Assembly: GCA_041288095.1 (NCBI GenBank)
Contig: JBGGMJ010000027.1
Location: 1-64,000 of the forward strand
DNA from: Myxococcota bacterium
Lineage (GTDB): Bacteria > Myxococcota > XYA12-FULL-58-9 > JALHOP01
Direction of reading: 5' to 3'
DNA length: 64,000 bases
Under the pieces are notes generated by a model, which saw only the letters and a program-made list of their open reading frames with translations, made no database searches and was not told where the DNA came from. This document shows positions 10,801 through 20,590 of the stretch, piece by piece. The number at the start of each line of letters is the position of its first letter. Positions within the stretch are counted from its first letter, which is position 1. A program made the translations under genes and the position numbers.

Positions 10801-10993
10801 TCCCATGGCGCTCTCGCTCGCGCCCGGCGCCGAGGTGCAGCGTCCTCTGGCGACGGTGGTCATCGGCGGCTTGATCTCGGCGACTCTGCTCACCCTGGTG
10901 GTGCTGCCCGTCCTCTATGCGCGCTTCGGCGCGCGAAAAAACACGTCGCAACTTGCGACACATGGGGATGACGAGGCTCCTTCTCCGGCGTGA
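7850..10993 (+). CDS. czcA: Heavy-metal RND efflux pump (CzcA/CusA family)
   Basis: 1047 aa; [42 protein letters not shown] and [15 protein letters not shown] motifs. Confidence 0.94.
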   Translation: [1047 protein letters not shown]

Positions 10994-11028
10994 AATCGCT
11001 GGCGCGGGAGTTGCTTTGGTTCTCCTGC

Positions 11029-12567
11029 ATGTTCACGCGCTGCACGACCGCGTCCATTCTCGGCATCGAAGCCCTGCCCGTCATCGCGGAGGTCTTCAAG
11101 GGCGGAGGCCTGCCGGGCATCCATATCGTTGGCCTCGCGCGCGGCGCGATGCGCGAGTCCTTGCCCCGCATCACGTCCGCCGTGAGTGGGTCGGGGCTCG
11201 CTCTCTCCAAGGTGAGGACCATCGTGAATCTGTTGCCGGCGGAGGTGCCCAAGACCGCGAGCGCGCTCGATCTCGCGGTCGTCATCGGCTTGCTCAAGGT
11301 CTATGGCGCGCTCGACGACGCGAGTCTCGAGGAGCGCATGTTCTATGGCGAGCTGTCGTTGAGCGGCGCGCTGCAAGCGGTGCGCGGCGCGCTGATGGTA
11401 GCTGACCTCGCGCGGCGCCGCGGTGATCGCGAGCTCATCCTGCCGGCGGCGAACGCCGACGAGGCGAGCCACATCAGCGGCATCGACGTCATCGGCGCGC
11501 ACTGCTTGGGCGACGTCGTCGCGCATCTCACGCGCAAGACCATCATCCCCCCGCACGTCACGGCGAGGAAATCGCGCTCTATCGTGCGCGGGCCTTGTCT
11601 CTCGGAGGTCTACGGCCAGCATCGCGCCAAGCGCGCACTCGAGATCGCCGCGGCGGGTGGCCACAACATGTTGATGATCGGCCCGCCCGGGAGCGGCAAG
11701 ACGATGCTCGCGCGACGCTTGCCCACCATCATGCCGCCGCTCACCGCGGAGGAGCATATCGAGGCGATGCGCGTGCGCTCGGCCGTCGGAGACTTCGACC
11801 ATGCGGACCACGCGCGGCCGTTTCGAGCTCCGCATCACACAGCGAGTGACGTCGCGCTCTGCGGGGGTGGCTCGCCACCGCGTCCGGGCGAGATCTCGCT
11901 CGCGCATTGCGGCGTGTTGTTCCTCGACGAGCTCCCGGAGTTTTCACGGCGGGCGCTCGAGGCGCTGCGTGAGCCGCTGGAAGACGGGATCATCCACGTC
12001 GCGCGGGCCGCTATGGCGGTCATCTACCCGGCACGGAGCCTGTTGGTCGCCGCGATGAACCCGTGTCCATGTGGCCACTTCAGCGACGCCATGACCGTTT
12101 CCGCCCGGCCGTGCTTGTGCGGCTTGGAGACGGTCCGTCGCTATCGCTCCCGCATCTCGGGGCCGCTCCTCGATCGCATCGATCTGCACGTCACCGTCGA
12201 CGCGGTCCCCTACCGGGAGCTCGCGCGTCGCGACGACACGGTGGAGAAGAGCGAAACCGTCCGCATCCGCGTCGAAGCGGCGCGCCACCGCCAAGAAGCC
12301 CGTTTGGGAAACGGCCGCAGCAACGCAACGATGACGGAAGCCGAGCTCGAGGCCCACGTGCATGTAAGCGCGGACATCCTCGCCCTGCTCGAGCAAGCCA
12401 TCGAAACGCACGGTCTGTCGACCCGGGCGGTGACGCGCGCGCTGAAGGTAGCGCGAACCATCGCCGATCTCGCTAACGTAGCCGATGTTCACATCGGGCA
12501 CGTGCGCGAGGCGCTGGGTTTTCGAGTGCTCGACAAAGAGCCGCTAGCTTGTGAGCTAGCGGCTTGA
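11029..12567 (+). CDS. comM: YifB/ComM Mg-chelatase-like AAA+ ATPase
   Basis: GPPGSGKT, RPFRAPHH, PGEISLAH.GVLFLDE, AMNPCPCG and ISGPLLDRID motifs. Confidence 0.92.
   Translation: MFTRCTTASILGIEALPVIAEVFKGGGLPGIHIVGLARGAMRESLPRITSAVSGSGLALSKVRTIVNLLPAEVPKTASALDLAVVIGLLKVYGALDDASLEERMFYGELSLSGALQAVRGALMVADLARRRGDRELILPAANADEASHISGIDVIGAHCLGDVVAHLTRKTIIPPHVTARKSRSIVRGPCLSEVYGQHRAKRALEIAAAGGHNMLMIGPPGSGKTMLARRLPTIMPPLTAEEHIEAMRVRSAVGDFDHADHARPFRAPHHTASDVALCGGGSPPRPGEISLAHCGVLFLDELPEFSRRALEALREPLEDGIIHVARAAMAVIYPARSLLVAAMNPCPCGHFSDAMTVSARPCLCGLETVRRYRSRISGPLLDRIDLHVTVDAVPYRELARRDDTVEKSETVRIRVEAARHRQEARLGNGRSNATMTEAELEAHVHVSADILALLEQAIETHGLSTRAVTRALKVARTIADLANVADVHIGHVREALGFRVLDKEPLACELAA
12539..12564. 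terminator. 11-bp hairpin at the end of comM, between the convergent comM and cold-shock genes
   Basis: AGCCGCTAGCT-TGTG-AGCTAGCGGCT; followed by CTTT on the minus strand. Confidence 0.45.
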
Positions 12568-12619
12568 TCTCGGCCGACGAGTGCCGCCTAGCGTGGCGGT
12601 CAACTAGCGGAGCGAAATA

Positions 12620-12847
12620 CTACGCGAGGGCGCGGACTGACTTGGCCTGCAGGCCTTTGTCGCCACGAACGACCTCGAACTCCACGCGCTGACCATCGGC
12701 AAGCGACTTGAAGCCGTCTGCCATGATCGCGGTGAAATGAACGAATACATCTTCGCCGCCGTCTGCGGGAGTAATGAAGCCGAAGCCCTTACTGTCGTTG
12801 AACCACTTGACCGTGCCGCTCGCCTTGTCCGTCTGCTCACTTGCCAT
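12620..12847 (-). CDS. cspA: Cold-shock protein (CspA family)
   Basis: [15 protein letters not shown] (RNP1) and DVFVHF (RNP2); 75 aa; GAGG upstream of the ATG. Confidence 0.95.
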   Translation of the reverse strand: MASEQTDKASGTVKWFNDSKGFGFITPADGGEDVFVHFTAIMADGFKSLADGQRVEFEVVRGDKGLQAKSVRALA

Positions 12848-12984
12848 ACCGCACCTCAGCTCTCTGTGACTTCGTCGGTCGACCAACCGACTAGGAAACC
12901 AAATGGGACCCGCTGTGAGGAGCACTCGAGCCGCGCGTCGGTGCGAGCACCGGACCTGCCCAACCACTTCCCACGTCTAACCAC

Positions 12985-13170
12985 AGGGTCATTTGTTTAT
13001 CGCGATCAAATTCGAGCTCGCAACAAGAATCACCCAAAAAAACCTGACACGGTCGTTTTTGTAATGTATAGCCCTACAAAATCGAGGTGTTAATCGTGTT
13101 AATTACGGTAATATGGTTTAAAAGTCGAGCAATAATGAACAAAAATGATCGGCATTCATGCTTCAAGGGG
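12985..13170. promoter_or_regulatory. AT-rich regulatory region upstream of the cold-shock gene
   Basis: Marked local AT enrichment; inverted repeat at 13054-13084; tandem GTGTTAAT at 13087-13103. Confidence 0.55.
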
Positions 13171-13286
13171 CTGCCCGCTATCGCGGCCACCGACAGAGCG
13201 GTGCCGGCCGCGCCGGGAAGGCCCGCGCGTCCCTCGAAGTCGAGGCAGCGAGAGAAGCATTCACGACTCAGCAATGAGCGGCCGAC

Positions 13287-14996
13287 TCAGCCGGCGAGTG
13301 TTGCCCCGTGGTCGCGCATCAGCTCCTCGAGCAGCTTCCTCGCCCTCGCCTCCGCGGCTTCCATCGTCTCGGCCGGCGCAACCGTCTCTCGCACCTCGTA
13401 GTAGCACTTGAGCTTCGGCTCGGTGCCCGAGGGTCTGACGATCACCCGCGAGTCGTCCTCGAGGAGATAGATCAACACGTCGCTCTTCGGCAGGTCGATT
13501 GGCTCCTTGGCGCCGCTCTTGGTCGTCGTCGTCGCGGTCGCGAAGTCCATGGTGCGAGCGACAGCGCGGCGGCCAATCTGCTTCGGCGGATTAGCGCGCA
13601 AGCTCGCGCCTACGGACACTCCCGGCTTGAGAGCCAGGCTCTTCTGGACGGTCAAGAACAGCCCGTGCTCTCGGTAGAGCTTCTCGAGGCGTTGCCAGAC
13701 GGTCTCGCCTCGCTCGGCACAGCTCGCGGCCAGCTCGGCGAAAGCGACAACCGCCGAGACGCCATCCTTGTCGCGCACCAGCTCGCCGACCGTGTAACCG
13801 AGGGCTTCCTCGTAGCCGAAGACGAAGTTCTGATTGCGGGCACGCCGGGTGATCGCGGCGTTGGCGATCCACTTGAAGCCGGTCAGGGTCTCGAAATAGT
13901 CGGCACCGCGCGCGCGTGCGATGTGGCCCAGCATGCGGGACGAGACGATCGAGCAGCCGACGACCGGGTTTCTGGGCTCCGCCGCGATCAGGTCATCGCC
14001 GAGCAGGACTCCGACTTGGTCACCGGTGAGCATGCGGTAGCCACCGCTCGCGTGCGGGAGGCCGACGGCGAGGCGATCGGCGTCGGGATCATTGGCCATC
14101 ACCAGGTCCGCTTTGACCTTGGTCGCGAGCGCCAGCGCCAGATCCATGGCTCCTGGCTCTTCGGGGTTGGGGAATTTCACGGTCGGGAAGTCACCGTCCG
14201 GCTCGCGTTGCTCCTTGACGGTGTGGACCTTGGTGAAGCCGGCCCGCGCCAGCGCTGCTTCGGTAACGCCGGCGCCGACTCCGTGCATGGGCGTGTAAGC
14301 GATGACGATGCCTTCGCGTTTCGGCGTCCGCGGGTGCACCGACAGGGCGCTCACCGCCCTGAGGTAAGCCTCGACGGTGTCATCGCCGAGCATGCGCACC
14401 ATGCCGTCCGCAATCGCGTGGTCGACGTCGCGCCAGAGGATCTCGCTCTTGGACGCCTTGTCGATGGCCAGCGCGATGCCTTCGTCGATGGGTGAGATGA
14501 TCTGGGCGCCGTTCTCCCAGTAGACCTTGTAGCCGTTGTAGTCCGGCGGATTGTGACTCGCGGTGACCATGACGCCGGCGGCGGCGCCGTACTCCTTGAC
14601 CGCGAAAGCGGTCAGCGGTGTCGGCAGCTCGCGATCGAACAGGTGAACGACGATGCCGTACCCGACGAGCACGGCCGCCGTATCACGCGCGAACTCACGC
14701 GATTGCTTCCGTCCGTCATAGCCAACAACGACGCCGCGGCGTCCGGCTTCTCTAATGTGCTCGAGCAGATAGGCGGCGAGGCCGCTGGTGGTCTCGCGCA
14801 CGACCAACCGATTCATGCGGTTGGGGCCGGCGCCGAACAAACCACGCAAGCCGGCCGTGCCGAACGCGAGGCGGGTACCAAAACGCTCACCGAGCGCGGC
14901 GCTGTCGTTGGTGGCGAGGAGCTTCTCGACCTCGGCGCGGGTGTTGGAGTCGGGATCGCGGGCGAGCCAGGAACGGGCGGTTTCTACGAGAGACAT
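13287..14996 (-). CDS. Phosphomannomutase/phosphoglucomutase
   Basis: FGTAGLRG, TASHNP, DPDADR, YEEA and RPSGTEPKLK motifs. Confidence 0.95.
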   Translation of the reverse strand: MSLVETARSWLARDPDSNTRAEVEKLLATNDSAALGERFGTRLAFGTAGLRGLFGAGPNRMNRLVVRETTSGLAAYLLEHIREAGRRGVVVGYDGRKQSREFARDTAAVLVGYGIVVHLFDRELPTPLTAFAVKEYGAAAGVMVTASHNPPDYNGYKVYWENGAQIISPIDEGIALAIDKASKSEILWRDVDHAIADGMVRMLGDDTVEAYLRAVSALSVHPRTPKREGIVIAYTPMHGVGAGVTEAALARAGFTKVHTVKEQREPDGDFPTVKFPNPEEPGAMDLALALATKVKADLVMANDPDADRLAVGLPHASGGYRMLTGDQVGVLLGDDLIAAEPRNPVVGCSIVSSRMLGHIARARGADYFETLTGFKWIANAAITRRARNQNFVFGYEEALGYTVGELVRDKDGVSAVVAFAELAASCAERGETVWQRLEKLYREHGLFLTVQKSLALKPGVSVGASLRANPPKQIGRRAVARTMDFATATTTTKSGAKEPIDLPKSDVLIYLLEDDSRVIVRPSGTEPKLKCYYEVRETVAPAETMEAAEARARKLLEELMRDHGATLAG

Positions 14997-15075
14997 TTGG
15001 TCTAGTTCCCCTCAAGACCGAAATATGTGGCGGATCGCCGAGGACTGCTTGCCGATGAGCGATGACCGATGGCCG

Positions 15076-15627
15076 CTACATGCTTCGCTTCACCAGATCC
15101 ACGAACTCGGTCGCCAGCAAGAACGTCATTTCGACATTACCGAAGCGAAGCCGCATCCCCGACTCGACGATGACCGGGCCGCCCTTGTTCTTGTCGGGCA
15201 CCTCTTCACCATCGACCGAAGTTCCGTTCTTCGAGCCCCCGTCTTGCAGGACGAACTCACCCTTGTCGGAGCGCCGGAAGAAGGCATGGAACTTCGACAC
15301 CGACTCATCCTCGATGATGACGTCGTTGCTCTTCGCTCGGCCGATGGAGATGAAGTTCGGGAACGGCGACCTGCCGGTCCGGCGGACGGGAAAGACCGCG
15401 AAGTTGAGCCTGATGGCCGGTGTTCCTGGCGAGCCGCCTTCGGCCATGGTGTCGATGGCGACCGTCGCCCTGGTGCGGGGCACCGGCTTCAAGGTCTGCA
15501 TGCCCGCTTCGTGCACCAGAAACGCCTCGCCGTGACGTTGGCGGAAGTCCTCGGCCCCTAGCAGGCGAGAATCAGCCACGTAGTTTGACAGGGTCTCGTG
15601 CTCACCCGGCGTCAACACGACGTTCAT
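15076..15627 (-). CDS. FHA domain protein
   Basis: IGR..SND......VSKFHA....D.GSKNGT. Confidence 0.88.
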   Translation of the reverse strand: MNVVLTPGEHETLSNYVADSRLLGAEDFRQRHGEAFLVHEAGMQTLKPVPRTRATVAIDTMAEGGSPGTPAIRLNFAVFPVRRTGRSPFPNFISIGRAKSNDVIIEDESVSKFHAFFRRSDKGEFVLQDGGSKNGTSVDGEEVPDKNKGGPVIVESGMRLRFGNVEMTFLLATEFVDLVKRSM

Positions 15628-15700
15628 GGATAAGGCACTATCTCCACGCAGGGTGCTGGCGATCAAGCCTCAAATGGCGGAGCGGTCGGGCAATGTGGGC

Positions 15701-18700
15701 CTAATTGGCTTCGTCGTCGTCGGTAGGCCCGCTGCACTGCAGGTCGGCCAGGTCGGTGGCACCGTCGAGCTCATTGTCGACGCCGTCTTCGCAGGCAAAA
15801 GCCTCGCTCGAATCGCCAGAGGACGAGCACGCCGGGTCGCCGCCGCTGGGCTTGAAGTCGATCAAGCCGTCAGTAGGCGTGTCATTATCGATGCCATCGT
15901 CGCAAAATAAAGCGGGATTGGTCTCGGTGGTGTCGGTCGGCCCGTCGCAACCGATGTCGCCGGTTCCGCCCTGCTCGAAGGCGGCTTCCCCGTCTCCGTC
16001 CTCGTCGGCCAAATCGTCGCAAACGGGTCCGCCAGCCTCGCGCTCATTCGTGTCGTTGGGTCCGACGCAACCGGGGTCGCGCGTCGGGTAGGAGGGGTGG
16101 CCCGCAACGCTGACAAAGTCCGACAAGCCATCGTTGTCGTTGTCGGAGCCGTCATCACAGACGCGCCCTGTCTCACGCTCGCTGCTATCGGTGAGCGACG
16201 TACAGCCGAGGTCGCCGCCCGACGAACGGAAGTTGTTGAGGCCGTCACCGTCATCGTCGGTGGTATTGTCACAAGCCAAGCCGGCGTTGGTCTCGTCGTT
16301 GTCTGTGACTGCGGTGCAGCCAGGATCGCGGCTCCCCGTTGCTCCGCCGGGATCGTAGGCAGCCTGGGAAAAGTCATTGCGATTGTCACTATCGTCGTCC
16401 ACTCCGTTATCGCAGAGTGAGCAGCCGCAGGTCGGACAGCCGCCAGGGATCGGCGTACCGGTGACACAACGCTCGCTGTTGTCATCGGCCGCCCAGCAGC
16501 CCGGATCGCCGGTGCCGTCGACACGGAAGTTCGACAGGCCGTCATTGTCGTCGTCGGACTCGTTGTCGCAGGCGGCGGTGCCGCGCTCGCTGGTGTCGTT
16601 GGCGTTCACGCACCCCGGATCGTTGCTGCCGCCCGAGTCGATGAGGCCGTCACCGTCGTTGTCGATCAAGTCCTGGCACGCGATCGTCAGCGTGTTCTCC
16701 GAGTTATCCCTGCCGTCCGAGCAGCCGGGGTCAGCCATATCGGTGGTGCCGTCGGGCTCGTTGTCGACCCCGTCGTCGCAGGCGGCGCACACACCGCTTT
16801 CGCAGATCTCGGAGTCGTCGGCGGGCGTGGCGCAGCCCAAATCGGTCGAGGTGCTCGACAAGGTGTTGACGTCGGTGAACGAGTCGCCGTCGTTGTCCTG
16901 ACCATCGTCACAACGTGGGCAACCCGCGCCTGGATCGCACTTCTCACTGCCGTCCGCCGGGCCCCCGCAACCGGGGTCATGGAGCCCGGCGTTCTGATTG
17001 AAGTCGGTGCGGCCGTCGTTGTCGTTGTCGGTGCCGTCGTCACAGGCGATGCCGTTTTGCTTCTCGCTGGCGTCGGCAGGACCGTCGCACCCCGGGTCCG
17101 AGGTCGCCGGATTGACGGCCCCACCGGCGGTCACGCGATAGTCGGTGCGGCCGTCGTTGTCGTTGTCGGTGCCGTCGTCGCATTCGTTGTTGCCGGTTTC
17201 GGAGTCGTCGCTGGGATTGGCGCAGCCCGGATCACTGAGCGCGGCGTTGACGTTGAAGTCGACGCGACCGTCACCATCGTTGTCGATACCGTCGTCGCAG
17301 CGAGGGCAGCCGACGCCCGCGTCGCACTTCTCGCTGGGGTCTGTCGGCGACGAGCAGCCGGGATCGCCGCTGGCACCGCCACCGAGGAGGCCATCGTTGT
17401 CGTCGTCGACACCGTTATCGCAGACGAGCGACGCCTCGCGCTCGCTGGTGTCGATCGAGCTGGTGCAACCCGGATCGCCGGTGCCGTCGACCTTGTAGTC
17501 AGCGCGGCCGTCGCCGTCGTTGTCGAGACCGTCGGCGCAGGCAGTGTTACCTGTTTCCGCGTCATCCGTGGCGCTCGTGCACTGTACGTCGCCGGTACCG
17601 TCGAGGCGGAAGTCGGTGGCGCCGTCGGGCTCGTTGTCGGCGCCGTCGTCGCAAGCGGCGCAGCCCGCGCCTTGGGGACAATGTTCACCGGAGTCGGTCG
17701 GGCCGCTGCAACCGAGGTCACCAGTGCCGTCGAGGCGGAAGTCGGTGCCGGCGTCGTTGTCGTCGTCGGCGCCGTTGTCGCAAGCGGCACAGGCGCCGCC
17801 GCTGCAGCGCTCGCTGGTCGCCGCTAGCGTCGTGCAGCCCGGGTCGCCGCCGCTTACGCGGAAGTCCTTCAACCCGTCGTTGTCGTTGTCGAGATCGTCG
17901 TCGCAAACCGACGTGCCGATCTCGCTGGTATCGGAGAGGCTCGCGCAACCGGGATCACTCGAGGTCCCCGCCACGGTGTAGTCGGCGCGGCCGTCGTTGT
18001 CGTTGTCAGCGCCGTCATCGCAAGGCGCGACGCCGCGCTCGCCGTTACCAGCGGGGGAATTGTCGCCAGGCGCGGTACAGCCCGGGTCGCCGCCGCCATC
18101 GCTCTTGTAGTCGATGCGGGCGTCGCCGTCGTTGTCCAGGCCGTCGTCGCAGTGGCCACCGCCGAGCTCGGAGACGTCGCGCGCCGAGGCGCAACCGGGG
18201 TCGCTCGCCGACGAGACGCTGCCGAGGTCATCGAGCACGTAGTCCGCGAGGCCGTCGCCGTCGTTGTCCATACCGTCGTCGCAGGCGAGCGTGCCGCGCT
18301 CACTGCCGTCGGCGGTAGTAGCGCAACCCGGGTCATTTCCTCCCGAGGCGCCAAAGTCGATGAGGCCGTCGTTGTCGTTGTCGATGCCGTCGCTGCACGC
18401 GGGGCTACCGGTCTCGTCGTTGTCCGAGGGACTACCGCACGACGGATCGCCCAGGGCATCGAGGCGCGCGTCGGCCAGAAAGTCGCCGTCGTCGTCATCA
18501 CCGTTATCGCAGACAGGGCAACCGACCTCAGCGGAATCACACTTCTCGCTGGTATCGCCGGAGCTCGAGCAACCAGGGTCGGTCGCCAGCGGATTCAAGT
18601 TGAAGTCGGCGCGCCCATCGTTGTCGGCATCGATGCCGTCGTCACACTGCGAGGCACCACGCTCGGAGAGATCGAGGGGTGAGTCACAGCCCGGGTCTCC

Positions 18701-19879
18701 CAAGCCACCGCTGTGGAAGTCCTTGACGCCGTCGTTGTCGTTGTCGTTGTCATCGTCACAAGGACGCGAGCCGCGCTCGTTGGTGTCGAGAGACGAATCG
18801 CAGCCAGGATCGGAGAGCAACGGATCCAAGCTGAAGTCAGTGCGGCCGTCGACGTCGTCGTCGAGTCCGTTGTCGCAGGCGCTGCTGCCGCGCTCCGAGG
18901 CGTCCGTCGGCGAGCCGCAGCCGGTGTCGCCGTTGCCGTCGACCGAGAAGTCGCCGCGACCGTCGTTGTCGTCGTCCGCGCCGTTATCGCAGGCGAGCGT
19001 ACCGCGTTCGCTGCCGTCGATGGGGCTGCTGCAGCCGGGATCGTTGGTGGCTCCCGGGCCGGCGTCCATCAGCCCGTCGCCGTCGTTGTCGACGCCGTCG
19101 TCGCAGTCGTTGATGCCGCGCTCGGAGAAATCGAAGACGTCGGCGCAGCCTGGATCACCGCGACTGTCGATACGGTAGTCGAGCGTACCGTCGCCGTCGT
19201 CGTCCTCGCCGTCGTCGCAGGGTGGACCGCTGGCGTCGCCGCGCTCACTGCCGTCATTGCCGTTGGCGCAGCCCGGATCCTGGAGGTCCGAGAGCCCGTC
19301 GCCGTCGTCGTCGACGGTGTTGGCGCACGCCGGGGTATTGCTCGACACGCAGGTGGACTGCGAACCAATGATGAAACAGGTGAAGCCACTCTCGGCGAAG
19401 CAGTACTGATCGCAGCCGTCACCTTGGTTTTCGTTGCCGTCGTCGCACTCTTCGATGCCGAAGGCGGTGATGTTGTCGCCGCAGGTGACCGCGGTGCCGA
19501 GCTCGACGCTGGTTTCGATGAGGCGTCGGCGGCTGAGGGTGACGGGCACGATGCCGGAGCCGACGATGGCGCCGGCGCTGATGCCGTCGACACGCAGGAA
19601 CATGGCGCGGCCCGCGTATTCGTCGGGGAAGACGATGACGACGCTGGTGCTCGTCCCCTCGAGAGCCGCGGGAGTGTCGGGGCGCACGACCAGCGGCAAG
19701 ATGTTACCGCCGCCCTCGGCGAAGTTGGCGTAGACGCGGATCTGATCGAGGCCGCTTGCATCACCGAACTCGACGGTGAGCTTCACCGCGGTCACGACGG
19801 CGGTACCGCCGCCGCCGCAGGCGGCAACGAACAACAACAGGGCCGCGGCCCAGGCTTTGGCGAGACGGTGATATGTCAT
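15701..19879 (-). CDS. Giant Cys/Asp-rich repeat lipoprotein (about 30 repeats plus one myxococcal Cys-rich repeat)
   Basis: Lipobox VAAC; CGD..EECDDGN..GDGC motif; tandem CDDGxDNDxDGxxD..DPGC..DxSE units; ATGA overlap with the TPR gene. Confidence 0.85.
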   Translation of the reverse strand: MTYHRLAKAWAAALLLFVAACGGGGTAVVTAVKLTVEFGDASGLDQIRVYANFAEGGGNILPLVVRPDTPAALEGTSTSVVIVFPDEYAGRAMFLRVDGISAGAIVGSGIVPVTLSRRRLIETSVELGTAVTCGDNITAFGIEECDDGNENQGDGCDQYCFAESGFTCFIIGSQSTCVSSNTPACANTVDDDGDGLSDLQDPGCANGNDGSERGDASGPPCDDGEDDDGDGTLDYRIDSRGDPGCADVFDFSERGINDCDDGVDNDGDGLMDAGPGATNDPGCSSPIDGSERGTLACDNGADDDNDGRGDFSVDGNGDTGCGSPTDASERGSSACDNGLDDDVDGRTDFSLDPLLSDPGCDSSLDTNERGSRPCDDDNDNDNDGVKDFHSGGLGDPGCDSPLDLSERGASQCDDGIDADNDGRADFNLNPLATDPGCSSSGDTSEKCDSAEVGCPVCDNGDDDDGDFLADARLDALGDPSCGSPSDNDETGSPACSDGIDNDNDGLIDFGASGGNDPGCATTADGSERGTLACDDGMDNDGDGLADYVLDDLGSVSSASDPGCASARDVSELGGGHCDDGLDNDGDARIDYKSDGGGDPGCTAPGDNSPAGNGERGVAPCDDGADNDNDGRADYTVAGTSSDPGCASLSDTSEIGTSVCDDDLDNDNDGLKDFRVSGGDPGCTTLAATSERCSGGACAACDNGADDDNDAGTDFRLDGTGDLGCSGPTDSGEHCPQGAGCAACDDGADNEPDGATDFRLDGTGDVQCTSATDDAETGNTACADGLDNDGDGRADYKVDGTGDPGCTSSIDTSEREASLVCDNGVDDDNDGLLGGGASGDPGCSSPTDPSEKCDAGVGCPRCDDGIDNDGDGRVDFNVNAALSDPGCANPSDDSETGNNECDDGTDNDNDGRTDYRVTAGGAVNPATSDPGCDGPADASEKQNGIACDDGTDNDNDGRTDFNQNAGLHDPGCGGPADGSEKCDPGAGCPRCDDGQDNDGDSFTDVNTLSSTSTDLGCATPADDSEICESGVCAACDDGVDNEPDGTTDMADPGCSDGRDNSENTLTIACQDLIDNDGDGLIDSGGSNDPGCVNANDTSERGTAACDNESDDDNDGLSNFRVDGTGDPGCWAADDNSERCVTGTPIPGGCPTCGCSLCDNGVDDDSDNRNDFSQAAYDPGGATGSRDPGCTAVTDNDETNAGLACDNTTDDDGDGLNNFRSSGGDLGCTSLTDSSERETGRVCDDGSDNDNDGLSDFVSVAGHPSYPTRDPGCVGPNDTNEREAGGPVCDDLADEDGDGEAAFEQGGTGDIGCDGPTDTTETNPALFCDDGIDNDTPTDGLIDFKPSGGDPACSSSGDSSEAFACEDGVDNELDGATDLADLQCSGPTDDDEAN

Positions 19880-20535
19880 AGCGGATCCCGCGCGTCGATC
19901 GTCGGCAGCTCCCCACTCGGCAACCGGTCTTCGCCGCCGCCGGTGGCGAGGATGATGCTCGTCGCCGTGATCGCCACGACTCCGGCCGCCGCGGCCCAGA
20001 ACCACCATTTCTTGTAGATGGGTGGCGCCGTCGTCTCTTCGGTGATGCGAAGGCGCTGCGCATCGAGCTCGGCTTGCTTCATGGCGGCAACGTGGGCCTG
20101 CTCTTGTGCGCGCATCGCCAGCTCCTGACGTTCGCGCTCGTTGGCCTCTTCACGCTGGCGTTTTTCTTCGGCCGCCGCGTAGGCGACCTTGGCTTCCTGA
20201 AGGCGTTTGTTGGCGAGCTGGCGCTTTTTTGTGTCGACGTCGCCACGCAGGAATTGCTCGTAGAAGAAGATGGCGCGCTCGAAGTTGGCGAGCTCGAAGT
20301 GGCACTGGCCGATGTTGAAGAGCATCGCCGGCAGGGGCTTGGCCTCGTAGGCCATGGAATAGCCCTCGAGCGCTTCCTGGAAGCGGCCAAGCGCGAAGTC
20401 GGTCTCCGCGGCCTTGAAGAGGGTCTTGGCCTTCTTGGTGGCCTCGTCTTCGACGGGCTCTTTCTTGGACGCGGCCGAGGCGCTCGCCGAGAAGAGCGCG
20501 CCTACCAACACCACCGCCAGGAGTCGCCGAAGCAT
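19876..20535 (-). CDS. TPR protein with signal peptide and C-terminal hydrophobic segment
   Basis: AK.LF..A...F..GRF.EAL..Y..AY...P...LFNIGQC; PIYKKWWFW followed by a TM helix. Confidence 0.85.
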   Translation of the reverse strand: MLRRLLAVVLVGALFSASASAASKKEPVEDEATKKAKTLFKAAETDFALGRFQEALEGYSMAYEAKPLPAMLFNIGQCHFELANFERAIFFYEQFLRGDVDTKKRQLANKRLQEAKVAYAAAEEKRQREEANERERQELAMRAQEQAHVAAMKQAELDAQRLRITEETTAPPIYKKWWFWAAAAGVVAITATSIILATGGGEDRLPSGELPTIDARDPL

Positions 20536-20590
20536 CTCCGAAACTCTCCCACCCCGTTCACGCATCGTCAAAATACCATTCTCGGGTCAA

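Noticed and set aside
11029-12567. comM as an integration site for the czc cassette
   Set aside because: comM is intact, and there is no integrase, att repeat or compositional shift.
13040-13130. AT-rich region as oriC or dif
   Set aside because: There are no DnaA boxes, and only a short TAATGTATA resemblance to dif without the XerD arm.
15701-19340. Periodic GTCGTTGTC repeats as a CRISPR array or DNA repeat
   Set aside because: They are explained by Asp/Asn codons of the protein repeat and vary at synonymous positions.
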